DNA from: Mustelus asterias
Taxonomy: Eukaryota
Direction: 5' to 3'
NCBI RefSeq assembly: GCF_964213995.1
Contig: NC_135822.1
Coordinates: 16,244,001-16,308,000 of the forward strand
Length of the DNA: 64,000 nt
Shown here: in pieces, positions 60,838 to 64,000 of the stretch
Numbering within the stretch: the stretch's first letter is position 1
Layout of the letters: each line of letters begins with the position of its first letter
Program-made: the position numbers and the translations under genes
Notes under the pieces: generated by a model
Told to the model about the DNA's origin: nothing
The model's database searches: none
What the model saw: only the letters and a program-made list of their open reading frames with translations

Positions 60838-62899
60838 GCAGGGAACTTGGAATTGAGAAATCACAAGATGAAACACTGTGATGTTCCTGCTTTGATCAAA
60901 CATCTCATTATTTTCGAGACGCAGATGTTAACAATGGCCTCTTGGATAAGGTACCAGAGTCTGATCCCACAGCACCAGTTAGAACCTTTGAGATAGTGGG
61001 GAAAGAGAGTGTAACATTGAAGAAGGCAGTAATTGTACTGAGGAGCAATGTCAAGGTCAGTGTTGGAACACCATGAACTCTCTCTTCAACTAAGTGGCAA
61101 CAACTGACTGCGATAGTGTACTGCAGGAATTCAAAATACGTGACCTGTCAGATTTGTTTGAAACGCAGAGGCAAAGCACAGCTATTTGGAGGCAAACCTC
61201 ACACAGCACGCACTTCATTTAAGATGGGAGACAGTTGCTTGTACATTTGACACTCGGAGGTTATGTTTTGGTGACATGCATGAGTTTTTAAGTTTATTTA
61301 TTAGTGTCGCAAGTAGCCTTACATTAACACTGCAATTAAGTTACTATGAAAATCTTCGAGTCGCCACATTCTAGCATGAGAGGACATCAGAACAAGGGGA
61401 TTCCCTCTATGGTTGAATATGTGGACACTGGCCTCAGTCAGGGCTCATCCCTAACTAGAACGACTACCTGAACGAGAGTGAGTGAGGCCAGAGGAAGTGC
61501 AGCATAGCTCAGGGATACATCCTCACTTTGTGCAATATTGTAAAATGGACAATAGTGAGTCAGCAGGGGTTTGGCATCTTCCTTCATTCTCATTTCTGTT
61601 GAATTCAGTGAGGTCTAACAAGCTGCAGACTCGCTATTGCCCATCGTACAAAGTCAAAGTCACCCTCACGAGTCAGGAGCTGAGAATCTTTATTGGACAA
61701 AGACAAGAAAAATATTAGTGAAAACCTCATTTAAGGGGATAAATTTTTGCCAAACTGTAAGCAGGTTGCTGTGACACAGTAGCTCGAGACAGGCAGGGAA
61801 ATAAAGACTGATATTATTGTTCCCTTGTGAGTCTCTGGAGTATTCCTTCTTCCTGTGTTTACAGCAGTTTTTTTTGTCAATGGCTTCTTCATGTGTTTCC
61901 CTGTCAGCAATATGTGTATCCATGGAGTGGGACACTAATCAGAGCTTAACCACATTCCCACATAGCTAAACCAAAGAGTTAGTGTAAACTTGGTGTCAGC
62001 TGTGACTCAGAGATAGCATTTTCACCTCTGAGTTGGAAGGTTCTCGACGCACTCCGTGACCTGCACACACAATCCAGACTATTGCACCTCAGTGCAGTAC
62101 TGAGGGAGTGCTGCATTGTCAGAGGTGCTGTCTTTTGGACGTGAAGTTAAACCCTACATACCCTCTCAGGTGCATGTAAAAAGATCCCATGGCAGTATTC
62201 GCAGAAGTGCAGGGAAGCTACACCGCCGCTCCCCCCATCCCCGAGTGCCCTATCTCATATTTATTGCTCTATTCAGTATCAATCCTAACAAAGGTTATGG
62301 GGAAAAGGCGGGAGAATGGGGTTGAGAAACATATCAGCCATGACTGAATGGTGGAGCAGATTCAATGGGCCGAATGGCTGAATTCTGCTCCTATATCTTA
62401 TGGTCTTATAAACAAATTCACTTCTTTTTGCAGTTACTGAATTTGTAATTTCATTAACGATGCCATAACTGACGTTTTGGAGTGTCCGAGCTTTTCACTT
62501 GTCAGCGACATAGGTGTGAACCTTGGTGACCTTGAGTAAGTTTAAACACTCATCCTCTTGAACGCCCCACATGTCTCCACTTGCTGCTACTAACAGGCAT
62601 CTGATTTAGAATTTATCCACCAGTGAGGTGACAGCACAAAGAACATCCCCTTCCACAAAAACCAAAGAAATAAACCAGTGAAAAAGATTTATAAAAGCAA
62701 ACAAGACCTACTGGCTATGGGTGCTAGGTCACCACTCCACCACACTGTGGAGGGAGTGTTGTACTTCAGGATGTTTCTGTTTTCCAGCCATTTAGGGCAT
62801 TTGATGGAAACCGATGATGGAATTATATATCCAATTTCGATCAGATGGCAATCTCTTCAATTTGACAAAGCTAAAATCCTCAGCGAAAGATGACTATGG

Positions 62900-63500
62900 G
62901 TGAATGATGACTATGGGCTAACCATCAGCTTGGGGAAGACAGAGATACTCCATCAATTACCACCAAATTCCGACAATACCCCGACTACTATAACGACCAA
63001 CGACACAACCCTGAAGCTATAGATGACTTCACCATCTCGGAAGCACAATTTTCAGAAATGTTTGCATTGACAGTGAGGTGGCAAATAGAATTGCCAGCTC
63101 AACATTTGCCTGTTTATGCAAGGGACTATGGAGAAATTGAGGTATCAAACTTACAACTAAACTTGCTGTACCCTCCTTCATGCTTGTGAGACATTCACTA
63201 CCCACTCCAGACATATTAAGCAGCTGCACAGGTTCCACACAAGATGCATTTAGAATATCATGGGTATCAAATACAAGGACAAAAGGCCCAACACTGAGGT
63301 ACTTCAGAAATGACTGGAATTGAGGCATTCGCCTTCAGATCCCAGTTCAGATGGAGTGGACATGCAGTACATAGGGATTTATCATCGATCGTAAGATGGT
63401 CATGTATTCTCAACCAAAACTTGGACACTGTCTATGAGGTAGGCCAAGATTAAAGTTTAAGGATGCCTTGAAGGTCAACCCCACGTAATGTAACATATCC
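62900..63500 (+). mobile_element. Old RTE-like LINE fragment
   Basis: Degenerate HLGSTI...IDSEVANRIA.....F..L...LWR motifs with frameshifts. Confidence 0.55.
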
Positions 63501-63819
63501 ACAATCGACTCAGAGAAAAGCCCAAGAAAGAGCAACCGAGGTGTGGTGGGGGGGGTGTTGGGGGGCAGTTTTAAATAATGTTGTTTCCTTCGAGCAGCAA
63601 AGAATACAGGCAGCTAAATGTAGTATTAGCCTATCACAGAACTGATGCCTAATGAGATGATGGTGTCGTCTTCAACACCAAGCCCCAGAGATGACAGCAT
63701 ACAAAGAGCTTTTCAATTGTGACATCATTGGTAAGCTACCAGTTGTATACCACATGAGACTAGATGACTTGGTACCACTGACAGTCTGTGCTCCGAGTAG
63801 TGTACCAGTAAAAATTTCA

Positions 63820-64000
63820 AGTTTATTTATTAGTGTCACAAGTAGGCTTACATTAACACTGCAATGAAGTTACTGTGAAAATCCCCTAATCGCCGCACTC
63901 CGGCGCCTGTTCGGGTACACGGAGGGAGAATTTAGCATAGCCAATCCACTTAACTTTCACATCTTTGGACAGTGAGAAGAAACCGGAGCACCTGGAGGAA
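63820..64000 (-). mobile_element. HE1-like SINE (runs off the window end)
   Basis: Reverse-complement tail and body. Confidence 0.85.

Noticed and set aside
60840-64000. CAMTA1 3' exons expected by synteny
   Set aside because: No CAMTA-like coding sequence is recognisable; probably beyond the window.

Overview
Eukaryotic (vertebrate) genomic DNA, almost certainly from a shark: it is dense in HE1-like tRNA SINEs, CR1/HER1-like LINEs, L2, Rex1/Babar, RTE, Penelope-like fragments, a hAT relic, solo LTRs and a Ty1/copia relic. The only intact gene is VAMP3 (cellubrevin) on the minus strand. It has 5 exons (ATG split across intron 1 at 52158/40533, stop at 28022), encodes 108 aa, and has a ~2.6 kb 3'UTR. 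Directly downstream on the same strand, where PER3 lies in other vertebrates, are collinear but disrupted exon relics of a Period gene (about 9740-13393) plus a candidate promoter near 21.55 kb, pointing to a PER3 unitary pseudogene (loss of a circadian clock gene). Other highlights: several minimal hammerhead-ribozyme motifs in Penelope-like fragments (one pair forms a ~180 bp palindrome), a GalEa-like copia element whose tRNAi-Met primer-binding site is split by a LINE insertion, and a CR1 copy with an in-frame duplication of its RT catalytic core. All homology calls come from reading the sequence and from recalled family motifs; no database search was run.
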